From Vicinamibacteria bacterium (lineage in GTDB: Bacteria; Acidobacteriota; Vicinamibacteria; Marinacidobacterales; Marinacidobacteraceae), in the NCBI GenBank assembly GCA_963555995.3, contig OY821641.1, positions 3,264,001 to 3,328,000 of the forward strand: DNA of 64,000 nt. Reading direction: 5' to 3'. Numbering within the stretch: position 1 is the first letter of the stretch; each line of letters opens with the position of its first letter. The translations under genes were made by a program, and so were the position numbers. Shown piece by piece: positions 1-11,610 of the stretch. The notes under the pieces were generated by a model, which was given only the letters and a program-made list of their open reading frames with translations, did not search any database and was not told the DNA's origin.

Positions 1-183
1 ACATCCGGCGCAGTCACCGGCTGTCATCGAGAGACCGAAGTCGCTGTTGACCACCTTCATGAACGAAACGGCGTCCACCGAGGAGACTCCGGAGTCGGCG
101 AATTGCTTGTCCAGATCCGGCACCCGGCCGAGACCGAGATGTTCCTGGGCGAGTTCCGCGAGACGCTGTTCGGTTGCTGTCAT
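1..183 (-). CDS. Stand-alone acyl carrier protein, SupB-like (3' end runs off the window)
   Basis: Not in the ORF track. Manual translation from ATG 183: MTATEQRLAELAQEHLGLGRVPDLDKQFADSGVSSVDAVSFMKVVNSDFGLSMTAGDCAGC. GVSSVDAV resembles the phosphopantetheine-Ser motif; GGAGGA RBS upstream. Confidence 0.7.
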   Translation of the reverse strand, partial: MTATEQRLAELAQEHLGLGRVPDLDKQFADSGVSSVDAVSFMKVVNSDFGLSMTAGDCAGC

Positions 184-240
184 GAGGGGTCCTCCGGGGG
201 CGGCGCATTATTCCACAGGCAGCGGGCGCGCGAACCGGGT

Positions 241-1497
241 TCACGTGGACATGCCGCGCGCCGCGATCGGCCACACCGCTTCCACCAGCCCGCCGCGGAC
301 CGCGTACATCCGGTCGTAGAGGTTCACGACCGGGTCACAGTGGGACACGATGAGTTCCAATTTTTCACCGACCCGGTAGATCCGGCTCGGGTCCTCGTAG
401 CGGATCGTGCCGAACTCGTCGGAGCCCGAGGTGTAGCTCATCCCGCTCTCGCCCTTGACGATCGCCCAGGGCCGGTTGATGGTGCACGCCTTGGCGCCGG
501 CGTCGGTGGTGGCGCGGCCCTCGTACTGGGCGTTCAGGACCGTTGCGAGGATCGTCAGGGACGGCTGGAAGTCGGTGTACACGTCGGGATCGGTTTCTCC
601 GCCGATCTCGAGGTACTGGGCGTCCATGAAGACGTAGCTCCCGCACTGGACATCCGTGAACCCGGGGGTCTCGTGGTCGATGTTGTAGCTGCCGGTGCCG
701 CCGCCGCTGAAGATGCCGGTGTCGAGCCCCGAGGCGCGCATCCGCTCGCCGGTGTCGGCCGCCGCCGCGAGCCGTTCGAGGGTCTGCGCCCGGCGCTTCT
801 CGAACCCCTTGACGTGCTGCGAGCCGCCGTCGTAGCAGAGGATGCCGCGCAGCGTGAGGCCGGGAAGCCGGTCCACGAGCTGGGCGAGCCGGAGCGCGGG
901 CTCCCCGGGGGTGATCCCGGTGCGGTGGCCGCCCGGGTCCACGTCCACCGTCACGTCCGCGGTGACCCCGGCTGCCGTCGCCGCTTCCGAGAGGGCGCGC
1001 GCGTTCTCCCCGGTGTCCGTGGTCTGGATGAAGCCGGGACACTGCTTCCGGAGGCCCATCGCGCGCCGGATCTTGAACGGAGTCACGCTGCTGGTGGTCA
1101 GGAGTAGCCGGTCAACGCCGTGATCGAAGAGGGCCTGGGCCTCGCTCACCTTCGCGACCGAGATGCCGAGGGCGCCGGCTTCCATCTGCATCCGGGCGAT
1201 CGCCGGACACTTGTGGGTCTTGGCGTGGGGACGCGGCGCGATTCCGTTCGCGGCGGTGGTCCGGGCCATGGTCGCGATGTTCGCCTCCAGGGCGTCGAGG
1301 TCCACGAGGAGCGCCGGGGTATCGAGGTCCCACATCGAGATCCCGAACTCGGCGACTTCGCGGCCGGCCGCGCGGGCCTCGATCTCGGCGCCGGTCAGGC
1401 CCTTCACCGCCCGGGGCGAGAAGACGGCGGCGGAGGCGCCGGCGGCGCCCAGGAAACTGCGTCGGGAAAGACTCTGTCGGGATAGGGCGTTGATCAT
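241..1497 (-). CDS. DSD1/D-threonine aldolase-like PLP enzyme (alanine racemase fold) with Tat signal
   Basis: LDTPALLVDLD, RPHAKTHK (PLP Lys), SGGGTGSY, GSYVFMD, HCDPVVNL; N-terminal SRRSFLG twin-arginine motif. True start taken as ATG 1497. Confidence 0.85.
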   Translation of the reverse strand: MINALSRQSLSRRSFLGAAGASAAVFSPRAVKGLTGAEIEARAAGREVAEFGISMWDLDTPALLVDLDALEANIATMARTTAANGIAPRPHAKTHKCPAIARMQMEAGALGISVAKVSEAQALFDHGVDRLLLTTSSVTPFKIRRAMGLRKQCPGFIQTTDTGENARALSEAATAAGVTADVTVDVDPGGHRTGITPGEPALRLAQLVDRLPGLTLRGILCYDGGSQHVKGFEKRRAQTLERLAAAADTGERMRASGLDTGIFSGGGTGSYNIDHETPGFTDVQCGSYVFMDAQYLEIGGETDPDVYTDFQPSLTILATVLNAQYEGRATTDAGAKACTINRPWAIVKGESGMSYTSGSDEFGTIRYEDPSRIYRVGEKLELIVSHCDPVVNLYDRMYAVRGGLVEAVWPIAARGMST

Positions 1498-1558
1498 CCG
1501 GCGTTTGTACCACCCCGCCGGTTGTGCAGGCGACCGGAAACCCCAGGCGCCGCCGGCC

Positions 1559-1828
1559 TGGAACGCCGGCTTCATGACCAGCGGAGCGCACCGGAGGACA
1601 CGCGCATGGGTGTTGCTGTGAAAATGCAGTGTCGGCGAAACGCTGTCCGTCGGGATCGCGCCGCCGGCTGGGAGCGCCGGCTTCAGCCGGCACCGCGAGC
1701 CCAAGGCTCCCGGATGTCGTGCCGCGCTGCGCGGTGATGGACAAAGAGCCGAACGCCGTCGGGCGCGCCAGCGTCGTGCTGTCCGCTGCGCTCCGCGCAG
1801 CGGGTGCCGGCTGAAGCCGGCGTTCCAA
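1559..1828. repeat. REP/REPIN-like module (inverted pair of GGARCGCCGGCTTCAGCCGGCAC plus GCTGTGAAAATGCAG box)
   Basis: Copies at 1671-1693 (+) and 1804-1826 (-), partial copy at 1560; the same modules recur across the window. Confidence 0.8.
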
Positions 1829-1899
1829 GCCGTTTCCGCCCCCGGCGGGGTGCACCGGAGGCTACCGGCCGTCGGGCGGCTGGTACCATGGCGGGTCGC

Positions 1900-3531
1900 A
1901 TGCGAAGCGCCGCCGCAATTGCCGCCATTTCGCTCCTCGCGTCGGCCGGGCCGGCCGTAGCGGACGACGGCATCCCGGTCAAGAGTCCGCTGGTCGAGGC
2001 GGCGTGCGGCAGTTGCCACGCGACCGATGACGCCGGCCGGATGTCGCGGATCTCCTGGCAGCGGAAGTCGGCGGAAGGCTGGCAGATCACCGTCATCCGG
2101 ATGATCCGCACCGGGAACATCTCCCTGTCCGCGGAGGAGGCGCGGGATGTGGTCCGCTACCTGACCGACAACCACGGGCTCGCCCCCGAAGAGGAGCGCC
2201 CGTACTTCTACCTGGCCGAGCAGCGGCCCCACCAGGAGACCTTCGCCGAGGACGAGGCGCTGCTCGCGGAGACCTGCTCGCGCTGCCACCTCACCGCCCG
2301 CTTCCGCACCCAGCGGCGGGCCGCCGAGGAGTGGGACCTGCTGAAGGGGATGCACGTCGGCTACTTCCCCACGATCGAGGGCCAGACCTTCCGCGGGGAA
2401 ACGCCCGAGGACGGCTGGGCGGTGGACCAGGTCCTCGACCAGCTCAAGGAGAAGTACCCCTTCGAAACGCCGGCCTGGCGGTCCTACCGCGCCAAGGGGC
2501 CGGGGCCGGGCATCGCCGGACGCTGGTTCTTCCGGGGCTCCCAGCCGGGAAGCGGCCCGATCGGCGGCATCGTCGAGTTCCGGCCGGATGACGGATCCGA
2601 GGGGAACTACGGCTACGAGGCGAACCTGGTCCACGCCGACGGCGCCGCCGAGCGCCGGCTGGGCGCCGGGGTGCTCTACGGCGGGTTCTCGTTCCGCGGC
2701 AGGGCCCAGGGAGACCGGCTGGAGCAGCGCCGCGCGGCGCTCCTGCTCTCCGACGACGGGCAGACGCTCACCGGCCGGCTGTTCAGCGGGCGTTTCGGCG
2801 AGGACGGCCTGGACGTGACCCTCACCCGCGCCACGGGCGGCGTGCAGATCGCGGCCGCCTGGCCGCCGGCGGGCCGGACGGGCGCTACGGCCACCGGGGT
2901 CCGGATCCTGGGGGCCGGCTTCGGCGAGGACGCCGCCGCCTCGCTCGACTTCGGGGCCGGCGTGACGGTCGAGAACGCCCGGCGGGTTTCCGAGATGGAA
3001 CTGCTGGTGGATCTCCGGATCGCTGAGACGGCCCCCCTCGGCTACCGCGACGTGTCCGCCGGCGGCATCCGCCTCGTGGACGGCTTCGCGGTCCACGACG
3101 GCGTGGACTACATCCGCGTCTCCCCCGAGATGGCGCTTTCCCGGGTCGGCGGGGCGGTGGCGCCGAAGCAGTTCGTCCAGTTCGAGGCGAACGGCTGGCA
3201 CCGGGGCCCCGACGGCGAACCGCTCACCGACGACGACCTGGCGCTCGGGCCGGTCGAGGTCATCTGGACCACCGAGGAGTACTACATCCGGGACGAGGAC
3301 GCGGACACCCGCTTCGTGGGCAACGTTGACGAACGCGGCCTGTTCACCCCCGGGCTCGACGGCCCGAACCCGGAGCGCGAACTGATGGCCGACAACATGG
3401 GCGACGTGTGGGTGGTGGCCGAACACCGGGACCCGGCGAGCGGCGAGACGCTGCGCGACCGCGCCCGCCTCGTGGTGTCTCCCCCCGTCTTCCTCTTCTG
3501 GGACCTGTTCCCGCAGCGCGCCGAACAGTGA
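1900..3531 (+). CDS. qhpA: Quinohemoprotein amine dehydrogenase alpha subunit (di-heme c)
   Basis: Signal peptide; two CxxCH motifs (CGSCH, CSRCH); SRISWQRKSAEGW; FTPGLDGPNPER. Start is 1888 or 1900. Confidence 0.92.
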   Translation: MRSAAAIAAISLLASAGPAVADDGIPVKSPLVEAACGSCHATDDAGRMSRISWQRKSAEGWQITVIRMIRTGNISLSAEEARDVVRYLTDNHGLAPEEERPYFYLAEQRPHQETFAEDEALLAETCSRCHLTARFRTQRRAAEEWDLLKGMHVGYFPTIEGQTFRGETPEDGWAVDQVLDQLKEKYPFETPAWRSYRAKGPGPGIAGRWFFRGSQPGSGPIGGIVEFRPDDGSEGNYGYEANLVHADGAAERRLGAGVLYGGFSFRGRAQGDRLEQRRAALLLSDDGQTLTGRLFSGRFGEDGLDVTLTRATGGVQIAAAWPPAGRTGATATGVRILGAGFGEDAAASLDFGAGVTVENARRVSEMELLVDLRIAETAPLGYRDVSAGGIRLVDGFAVHDGVDYIRVSPEMALSRVGGAVAPKQFVQFEANGWHRGPDGEPLTDDDLALGPVEVIWTTEEYYIRDEDADTRFVGNVDERGLFTPGLDGPNPERELMADNMGDVWVVAEHRDPASGETLRDRARLVVSPPVFLFWDLFPQRAEQ

Positions 3532-4970
3532 CCCTGCCCGACACCGCCCCGACCCTCGTCGAAGCGACCCAGATGCACCGGTTCGCCGGTGGGGAGCGGC
3601 GTTACGCCTTCCTGGTGCCGTCCTCGATGATCTTCGAGCTGGACGAGGCCAGCGAGCGGGTGCTCGACCGGCTCGCGGCGGGGCCGAAGCCCCCGACGGA
3701 CGTCGTCGAATCGGCCGAGGAAGAGGCCGCGCTTCGCGAGCTGGCCGGAGTGGGGGCCGTCGCCCGCCAGGGCGCGCCGCTCATCCCGATCGGCGGCCTC
3801 CAGGAAGTGGACGGCCCGCCGCCGATCCGGACGGTCGTTCTGAACGTCACGAACTCCTGCAACCTGGCCTGCCGCTACTGCTACGAGTACGGGGACGACC
3901 GGATCGCCGAGGCGGAAGTTCCGCTGGCCATGACCGAGGAGGTCGCGCGCCAGTCGGTGGACCGGCTGATCGCCGACTCCGGGGAGGCGAAGGACCTCCA
4001 GGTCACCTTCTTCGGCGGCGAGACCCTGCTCAACTGGCGGGTGATCCGGCCGACCGTGGAGTACGCCCGGGAGAAAGCGCAGCAAGCCGGCAAGTGGGTG
4101 GACTTCAGCCTCACCACGAACGCCACCCTGCTGACCCGCGAGGTCTCCCAGTGGATCGCGGACAACGGGATCGGGGTCACGATCTCGGTGGACGGCGACA
4201 AGCAGTTCCAGGACTCCATGCGGGTGTACCAGAGCGGCATGGGCAGCTACGACGTCATCGCCCCCCGGATCGCCGAGTTCCTGAAGCTGCAGAAACGGCC
4301 CGTCGGCGCCCGGGTGACGATCACCTCGAAGAACCTCGACGTGCCCCGCATCTTCGAGCACCTCATGGGGCTCGGGTTCTACGAGGTCGGCTTCGCCCCG
4401 GTGACCTCGTCTCCCGACCAGGACTACGCCCTCGGCGAGGACGGATTCGACGAACTGCTCGACCAGTTCCGGGACCTCGCCGACGACTACGTGGAAGCCG
4501 CGACGGAGGGCCGCTATCTCGGCTTCTCCAACCTCAGCGACCTGCTCGGCGAGATCCACGAGGGGGTCAGCAAGGCCTACCCCTGCGGCGCCGGACTGGG
4601 GCTCGTGGGGGTCGCGCCCGGCGGCGAGGTCGGTCTCTGCCACCGGTTCGCCGGGTCCGGCGATCACGATCTCGGCCACGTGGCCACCGGAATCGACGAC
4701 GAGAAGCGGGCCGAGCACCTGCAGAAGGCGCACATTGACGCCCGCACCGACTGCAGCCAGTGCTGGGTCCGCAGCCTCTGCTCCGGCGGCTGCTACCACG
4801 AGGCGCAGGTCCGCTACGGCGACCGCTTCCGCCCCAACCTCCACTACTGCGACTGGATCCGCGACTGGACGGCGCTCGGCCTCTCGGCGTACGGGCGTAT
4901 CCTTGACCGGAACCCCCGTTTCCTGACCCGCTTCGAGGGCATGGTCCGGGTCGAGAGCCCGACCCCCTAG
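3528..4970 (+). CDS. qhpD: Radical SAM/SPASM thioether-forming maturase
   Basis: CNLACRYC, FFGGETLLN, YPCGAG, CHRF, CSQCWVRSLCSGGC; GTG start overlaps the qhpA stop (GTGA). Confidence 0.92.
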   Translation: MTLPDTAPTLVEATQMHRFAGGERRYAFLVPSSMIFELDEASERVLDRLAAGPKPPTDVVESAEEEAALRELAGVGAVARQGAPLIPIGGLQEVDGPPPIRTVVLNVTNSCNLACRYCYEYGDDRIAEAEVPLAMTEEVARQSVDRLIADSGEAKDLQVTFFGGETLLNWRVIRPTVEYAREKAQQAGKWVDFSLTTNATLLTREVSQWIADNGIGVTISVDGDKQFQDSMRVYQSGMGSYDVIAPRIAEFLKLQKRPVGARVTITSKNLDVPRIFEHLMGLGFYEVGFAPVTSSPDQDYALGEDGFDELLDQFRDLADDYVEAATEGRYLGFSNLSDLLGEIHEGVSKAYPCGAGLGLVGVAPGGEVGLCHRFAGSGDHDLGHVATGIDDEKRAEHLQKAHIDARTDCSQCWVRSLCSGGCYHEAQVRYGDRFRPNLHYCDWIRDWTALGLSAYGRILDRNPRFLTRFEGMVRVESPTP

Positions 4971-4982
4971 GAGGGCCAATCG

Positions 4983-5309
4983 ATGAAACACCTCTCCCCC
5001 AAGAACCTCAAGGCGCGCTTCGCCACCGAGTGGCTCGAGGGCGGCGGGGCGGCGCGCGCCACCGCCGACGACCCGAACCCGCACTACCCGTCGGGCTGCA
5101 CCACCATCTTCTCGCCGGGCTGGGAGGTGGACTCCACCGGCGGTACCGCCGCGCTCTGCCAGCCGATGGAGCGGGACCTCTACGACTGCTACAAGACCTG
5201 CTACTGGCCCGCCCAGGTGCCCGATTACCTCAACAACAGCCCCGACTGGCACAAGAACTGTGCGGCCGCCGTGCAGGACTGGCGGGAGATTGACCTCGTC
5301 TTCCCCTGA
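4983..5309 (+). CDS. qhpC: QHNDH gamma subunit (CTQ precursor peptide)
   Basis: MKHLSPKN leader; GCTTIFSPGWEVD...LCQPMERDLYDCYKTCYWPAQVPD keeps the Cys-Glu/Asp crosslink positions and the CTQ Cys/Trp pair. Confidence 0.95.
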   Translation: MKHLSPKNLKARFATEWLEGGGAARATADDPNPHYPSGCTTIFSPGWEVDSTGGTAALCQPMERDLYDCYKTCYWPAQVPDYLNNSPDWHKNCAAAVQDWREIDLVFP

Positions 5310-5355
5310 GGCGCCGTTCCTTCCTGGCTCCAACAACCACTCCGAGTTCCAGTCC

Positions 5356-6426
5356 ATGATCCGGCGGCTCTTCCTCGCGTCCGGGATCGCTCTGCTCGCC
5401 GCCGGGACCGCGGCCGGGCAGGACGCGGACCGGTTCCTGGCCGGCATTTGGCCGGACGAACTGATCACCTTCAACCAGGAGTCCCTGACGTTCGAAAAGG
5501 TCGGGAACCTGCGGCACGGCGCCGCCACCAACAACACCTGGACCGCCGACGGCCGCTATCTCGCCATCGTGACCGGCCGGATGGAGACGGTCGAGGTCTT
5601 CGACGCCGCCGAGATGGCGGTCGTGGACGACTTCCGGCTCAGCACGGTGGGCACCCGCATCCGCTTCATGAGCGCGACCCCGGGGCCGGGCGCCCGGCGG
5701 ATCTACCTGGTCCCGGTGGTGGTGGACCTCGAGCCGGACCGCTTCCTCCACAAGACGCCGTCGGAGATCTGGGTGTTCGACCGCGAAGCGCGCGAGGTCA
5801 CCCACCGGATCCCGCTGGGCGGCGCCGACGACTGGCGTCCCAACATCTACTTCAGCCCGGACGGCGCTTCGGTGTTCCTGGTGAACGACCAGATCGTGGA
5901 ACTCGACGCGGAGACGTTCGAGGAAACAGACCGGATCGAACTGGACCGGCCGCTCGCTCCCGGCTACGGCGGGGTGCGCGGGCACTCGCTCGACGAGGTG
6001 GAACCGGGCCGGCTCTTCGGGGTGTACCGGACCGTGGAACCCCGGCAGGGGATGGAGCTCTTCGGCCTGCTGGAGATCCGGCTGCCGGAGAAGACCTTCA
6101 GCCGTTACGAGGTGGGGCCCCAGATGCGGCTCGCGCGCTTCGCGCTCTCGCCGGACGGGAAGCGCGGCTACGCCGGCCTCAGCGACGCGGCGGTGATCGA
6201 CATGGAGAGCCGGCAGGTCATCCTCCGCAAGAAGGGCTTCGAGCGGGGCCGCACCAACATCTCGATGATCGTCTCGGCGGACGGCAAGCGCCTCTTCGTC
6301 TCGGGGGTCGGGGACACCATGTACGTGTACGACGCGGAGACGCTCGAGCCGGAGACCGAGATCTTCGCGGGCGGCGACTTCATGATCCCGCCGCAACCGA
6401 TCCGCTACCGGGCCACCGGCAACTGA
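5356..6426 (+). CDS. qhpB: QHNDH beta subunit (secreted beta-propeller)
   Basis: Signal peptide; YncE-like repeats (FSPDG, LSPDG, VSADGKRLFV); position directly after qhpC. Confidence 0.8.
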   Translation: MIRRLFLASGIALLAAGTAAGQDADRFLAGIWPDELITFNQESLTFEKVGNLRHGAATNNTWTADGRYLAIVTGRMETVEVFDAAEMAVVDDFRLSTVGTRIRFMSATPGPGARRIYLVPVVVDLEPDRFLHKTPSEIWVFDREAREVTHRIPLGGADDWRPNIYFSPDGASVFLVNDQIVELDAETFEETDRIELDRPLAPGYGGVRGHSLDEVEPGRLFGVYRTVEPRQGMELFGLLEIRLPEKTFSRYEVGPQMRLARFALSPDGKRGYAGLSDAAVIDMESRQVILRKKGFERGRTNISMIVSADGKRLFVSGVGDTMYVYDAETLEPETEIFAGGDFMIPPQPIRYRATGN

Positions 6427-6431
6427 GCATG

Positions 6432-6926
6432 GGATCGCCGGTCTTCAGACCGGCACCGCCCGCGAAGCGGGCGCAACTCCCATGCGCGTCCCCTCCGACA
6501 CACCCCGCCCGGCACGAAAGTGCGGGCCGGGACGCTGAGGCCCAGGGCGGCGGGAACCGTTGGGAACGCCGGCTTCAGCCGGCACAGCCCGGCGAAGGCG
6601 GGCGGCGAGACGAATCTCATTCACCGGGACGGCCCGGCCGCGCGCGCCAAGGCGCCCGGGGTAGCAGCGAACCGCCTGCGGGCCGCGGTGCCGGCCGAGA
6701 CCGGCCCGGTTGCCGTGAAAATGCAGTTCCGGCGGCCCGCTGACCGTCTCAATGACGCCGCCGGCTTGGAGCGCCGGCTTCAGCCGGCACGCGCTGCGCG
6801 GAGCGCAGCAGGCGGCGCCGGGCTGACCTGCCCGAGGGCGTTTGGCTCGCGCCACATCGCCGCGCCAGAAAATACGACTTCGGCGAGCCTTCGGCTCGCG
6901 GCGCCGGCTGAAGCCGGCGCTCCAAG
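6432..6926. repeat. REP cluster (4 REP copies plus shared linker modules)
   Basis: REPs at 6432-6456, 6563-6585, 6768-6790 (+) and 6901-6923 (-); GCCGTGAAAATGCAG near 6712. Confidence 0.8.
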
Positions 6927-6989
6927 CCGCTGCTGCCACGACGGCCAGCGCGGCGGCGAACACCGGCACTCCGGTGATGGCTCTACGCC

Positions 6990-8678
<1,689 letters not shown>

Positions 8679-8695
8679 CGGCTCCCCCGACCCAA

Positions 8696-9442
8696 ATGCT
8701 GCGGATCGCGATCCTCGACACGGGGATCAACCCGGCGCACCGGCAGGTGGGGCCGGTGGCGGGCGGGGTCCGGGTGTCCTGGCGCGACGGCGGAGTTCGG
8801 CTGGCCGGGACCCGGAAGGATGACTGGACGGACGAGATCGGACACGGCACGGCGGTCGCGGCAACCGTGTCGGACGGACTGCCGCGCGACGGCTTCACGC
8901 TGCTCTCGGTGCGCGTCTTCGGCCGCCGGATGGACACCCCGCCGCAGTGCCTCGCGGCGGGAATCCGGTGGGCGGCCGAGGAGGGCGCCGACATCATCAA
9001 TCTGAGCGCCGGCGTCCCCGCCGGCACGGACCCGGCGGGCGAGCGCGACGTTCGCGCAGCGTGGACCGAAGCCGCGGCGACCGGCATCGCGCTGATCGCG
9101 CCGCGAGCGAGGCAGAACACCGTCCTCATCCCGGGTTCGCTCGCCACCGTCCCGGGTTCGATCGGCGTCGAGGCCGAACCGGAACTCGACTACGGCGAGC
9201 TGGCGCGGCGCGGACCGGTGCTGGTCGCCTCTCCCTGGGCGCGGCCCCTCCCACCGCTGCCCCGTGAGAAGAACTTCTCCGGGGTCAGCTTCGCCGTCGC
9301 CGCGGTCACGAACCGGGCGGCCCGGCTCGTGACGTCGGGGAAGGCCCGGCCGGGAACCGCGCTCGCCGCGGAACTCCTGGGCGCCGCCGGGCCGGATCAG
9401 GCCGCCGCGACGCCGCGCGGGCCGGAGACCGCCGATCGCTGA
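8696..9442 (+). CDS. qhpE: S8 subtilisin-like leader peptidase, QhpE-like
   Basis: Catalytic triad motifs ILDTGI, GHGTAVA, SGVSFA; short, no signal peptide; cluster context. Confidence 0.82.
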   Translation: MLRIAILDTGINPAHRQVGPVAGGVRVSWRDGGVRLAGTRKDDWTDEIGHGTAVAATVSDGLPRDGFTLLSVRVFGRRMDTPPQCLAAGIRWAAEEGADIINLSAGVPAGTDPAGERDVRAAWTEAAATGIALIAPRARQNTVLIPGSLATVPGSIGVEAEPELDYGELARRGPVLVASPWARPLPPLPREKNFSGVSFAVAAVTNRAARLVTSGKARPGTALAAELLGAAGPDQAAATPRGPETADR

Positions 9443-11610
9443 ATCCGGGCGCGCACCGACTTGAAGGCCGGCGTTCCCGACCGCCGGTCCACCCGGCGCG
9501 GCACGAGGGCGTTGGCTTCCGGGTAGTACATGGCCAGGTTTCCGGCGCGAATGTCCACGATGGCCACCACGACGTCGAGTTCGCCGGCGTCGGTCGTCAC
9601 CCGGACGGCGTCCCCTTCGTTCAGCCCCAGCCGGCCGGCGTCCGCCGCGGCCATCATCACGACATCGCGGCGGACGTTGCCCCGGTACGGATCTTCTTCT
9701 TCGTACACCACCGTGTTGAACTGACCCTCGGAGCGCAACGTCATCAGCCGGAAATCGCCGTCGTCCCCATCGAGGTCCGGCGCCGGAGTCACCTGGAAGC
9801 GCGCCCGGCCGTCGTCCGTCTCGAAGCGGGGTTCCGGGAAGGTCCGCCCCCGGACGCGGAACTCGCCGCCCTTCCCTTCGATCGCGCCGATGCCCTCGTA
9901 CCCCGGAACGGTGGCGGCCATCGCCGCGCGCAGCGCGCGATGGGAGCTGAGGGCCGTCCAGTCGAAACCGGCGTTCGGAAGGATCCGGCGGGCGAGCGAG
10001 GCGATGATGTCCACCTCGGATCGCATCTCCGAGCTCGCCGCCGGGTGTCCGCCGTCGGAGAGGCGCACGAAGTGGAACATGGACTCCTGGGTCGTCGCCT
10101 GCCGCTCCTCGTCCCGGGCGAGCGCCGGAAGGATCAGGGTGCGCTGCCCGCGGCCGTGGACGTGACCCTCGTTGAGCTTCGTGGACACGAAGACGGCGGT
10201 CGGGATGCGGCGCAGGCTGCGGGCCGCCCACGCCCGGTCGGGGTTGCTGCCGAACAGGTTCCCGCCCAGCAGGAACGCGGCCCGGATGCGGCCGTCGGCC
10301 GCCGCCTCCATCGAACGGAAGGTGTCCATCCCCGCGTGTTCCGCGGGAGCGATGCCGTAGAGCTCCCCGAGTTTCTCGGCGAACGCCCGCTTCAGCACCG
10401 GGGTCACCCCGACCGAGCCGACCCCCTGGACGTTCGAATGGCCCCGGATGGGCAGCAGGCCGGCGCCCGGACGGCCGAGCCAGCCGCGCGCGAGGGCCAG
10501 GTTGGAGAGCGCGAGCACGTTGTCCACGCCGTGGGCGTGGTGGGTGAGGCCCATCGCCCAGCAGAACACCCCCCGGCGGGCCCGAACGAGCATTTCGGCG
10601 GCGGCTTCCACCTCGGCGCGCCCGACCCCGCAGGCGTTCAGGAGCTCGTCCCAGGATGACGCTTCGAGATCGCCCGCGACCTCCCGCCAGCCGTTCGTGA
10701 AGCGCCCGACGTAGTCCTCGTCCACCCCGTTCCGCTCGCGGACCGCCTTCAGCAGCGCCTTGAAGAGCGCCACGTCCGAGCCCACGTGGGGTTGCAGATA
10801 GAGATCCGAGACCGTCGAACCGAAGAGCATGCTGCGCCAGTCCGAGGGGATCCGGAAGCGCACCAGCCCCAGCTCCCGCAGCGGGTTGACGATGATCACG
10901 CGGCCGCCGCGCCGCCGCAGCCGGACGAGCTGGGTGATCAGCCGGGGGTGGTTGCTCGCCGGATTCGCCCCTGCGATCAGCACCAGATCGGCCTTCTCCA
11001 GGTCGTCCAGCGCCACGGATCCGGAGCTCGTTCCGTAAACGCTCGCCAGGCCCACGCTGGAGGCGTTGTGGCAGTAGAAGGAGCAGTTGTGGATGTTCGC
11101 GGTCCCGTAGGCCCGGGCCACCAGTTGCATCAGGAAGGCGGCCTCGTTGCTCGACCGGCCCGAGGAATAGAAGAACACCTCGTCCGGCCGCGCGGCGCGG
11201 AACGCCTCCGCCGCGATCTCCAGCGCGGCATCCCAGCCGATCCGGCGGAATCCCTCGTCGCCGTCGTCCGCGAGCAGGGGAAAGGCGATCCGGCCCAGCC
11301 GGTCGAGTTCGGCGGAGGTCAAGGTCTCCAGCCGGCGAAAGGGCAGGCCGCGCAGCCCGGCTTCGGCAAGCGTCCCCTGCATGTCCCCGGCCTGCGCCTG
11401 GACGGACTTCTTGCAGACCTCCGGGAAATGACCGGCCTCGTTCACCATCCCGCCGCGCTGGCCGCCCATTCCGAGCGCGCAGGTCTTGCAGGCGTTCCGG
11501 CTGCGCATCCGGCGGTAGAACGCGACCGGGTTGCCGGCCGCAAAGGCCTTCCGGAAGGTGTAGGCGACGGCGGGCCAGCCGCCGGCGGCGGAAACGGTCG
11601 GTTCAGCCAC
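9397..11610 (-). CDS. FdhF/YdeP-family molybdopterin oxidoreductase
   Basis: CKTCALGMGG, FYSSGRSSNEAA, NCSFYCH, PIRGHSNVQG, TLRSEGQFNT, SGTPAFKS. Confidence 0.9.
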   Translation of the reverse strand: MAEPTVSAAGGWPAVAYTFRKAFAAGNPVAFYRRMRSRNACKTCALGMGGQRGGMVNEAGHFPEVCKKSVQAQAGDMQGTLAEAGLRGLPFRRLETLTSAELDRLGRIAFPLLADDGDEGFRRIGWDAALEIAAEAFRAARPDEVFFYSSGRSSNEAAFLMQLVARAYGTANIHNCSFYCHNASSVGLASVYGTSSGSVALDDLEKADLVLIAGANPASNHPRLITQLVRLRRRGGRVIIVNPLRELGLVRFRIPSDWRSMLFGSTVSDLYLQPHVGSDVALFKALLKAVRERNGVDEDYVGRFTNGWREVAGDLEASSWDELLNACGVGRAEVEAAAEMLVRARRGVFCWAMGLTHHAHGVDNVLALSNLALARGWLGRPGAGLLPIRGHSNVQGVGSVGVTPVLKRAFAEKLGELYGIAPAEHAGMDTFRSMEAAADGRIRAAFLLGGNLFGSNPDRAWAARSLRRIPTAVFVSTKLNEGHVHGRGQRTLILPALARDEERQATTQESMFHFVRLSDGGHPAASSEMRSEVDIIASLARRILPNAGFDWTALSSHRALRAAMAATVPGYEGIGAIEGKGGEFRVRGRTFPEPRFETDDGRARFQVTPAPDLDGDDGDFRLMTLRSEGQFNTVVYEEEDPYRGNVRRDVVMMAAADAGRLGLNEGDAVRVTTDAGELDVVVAIVDIRAGNLAMYYPEANALVPRRVDRRSGTPAFKSVRARIQRSAVSGPRGVAAA

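Noticed and set aside
1498-3426. 1061-aa fusion ORF 241..3426 (-)
   Set aside because: The upstream part is antisense to qhpA and reads through REP sequence; only 241-1497 has protein-family motifs.
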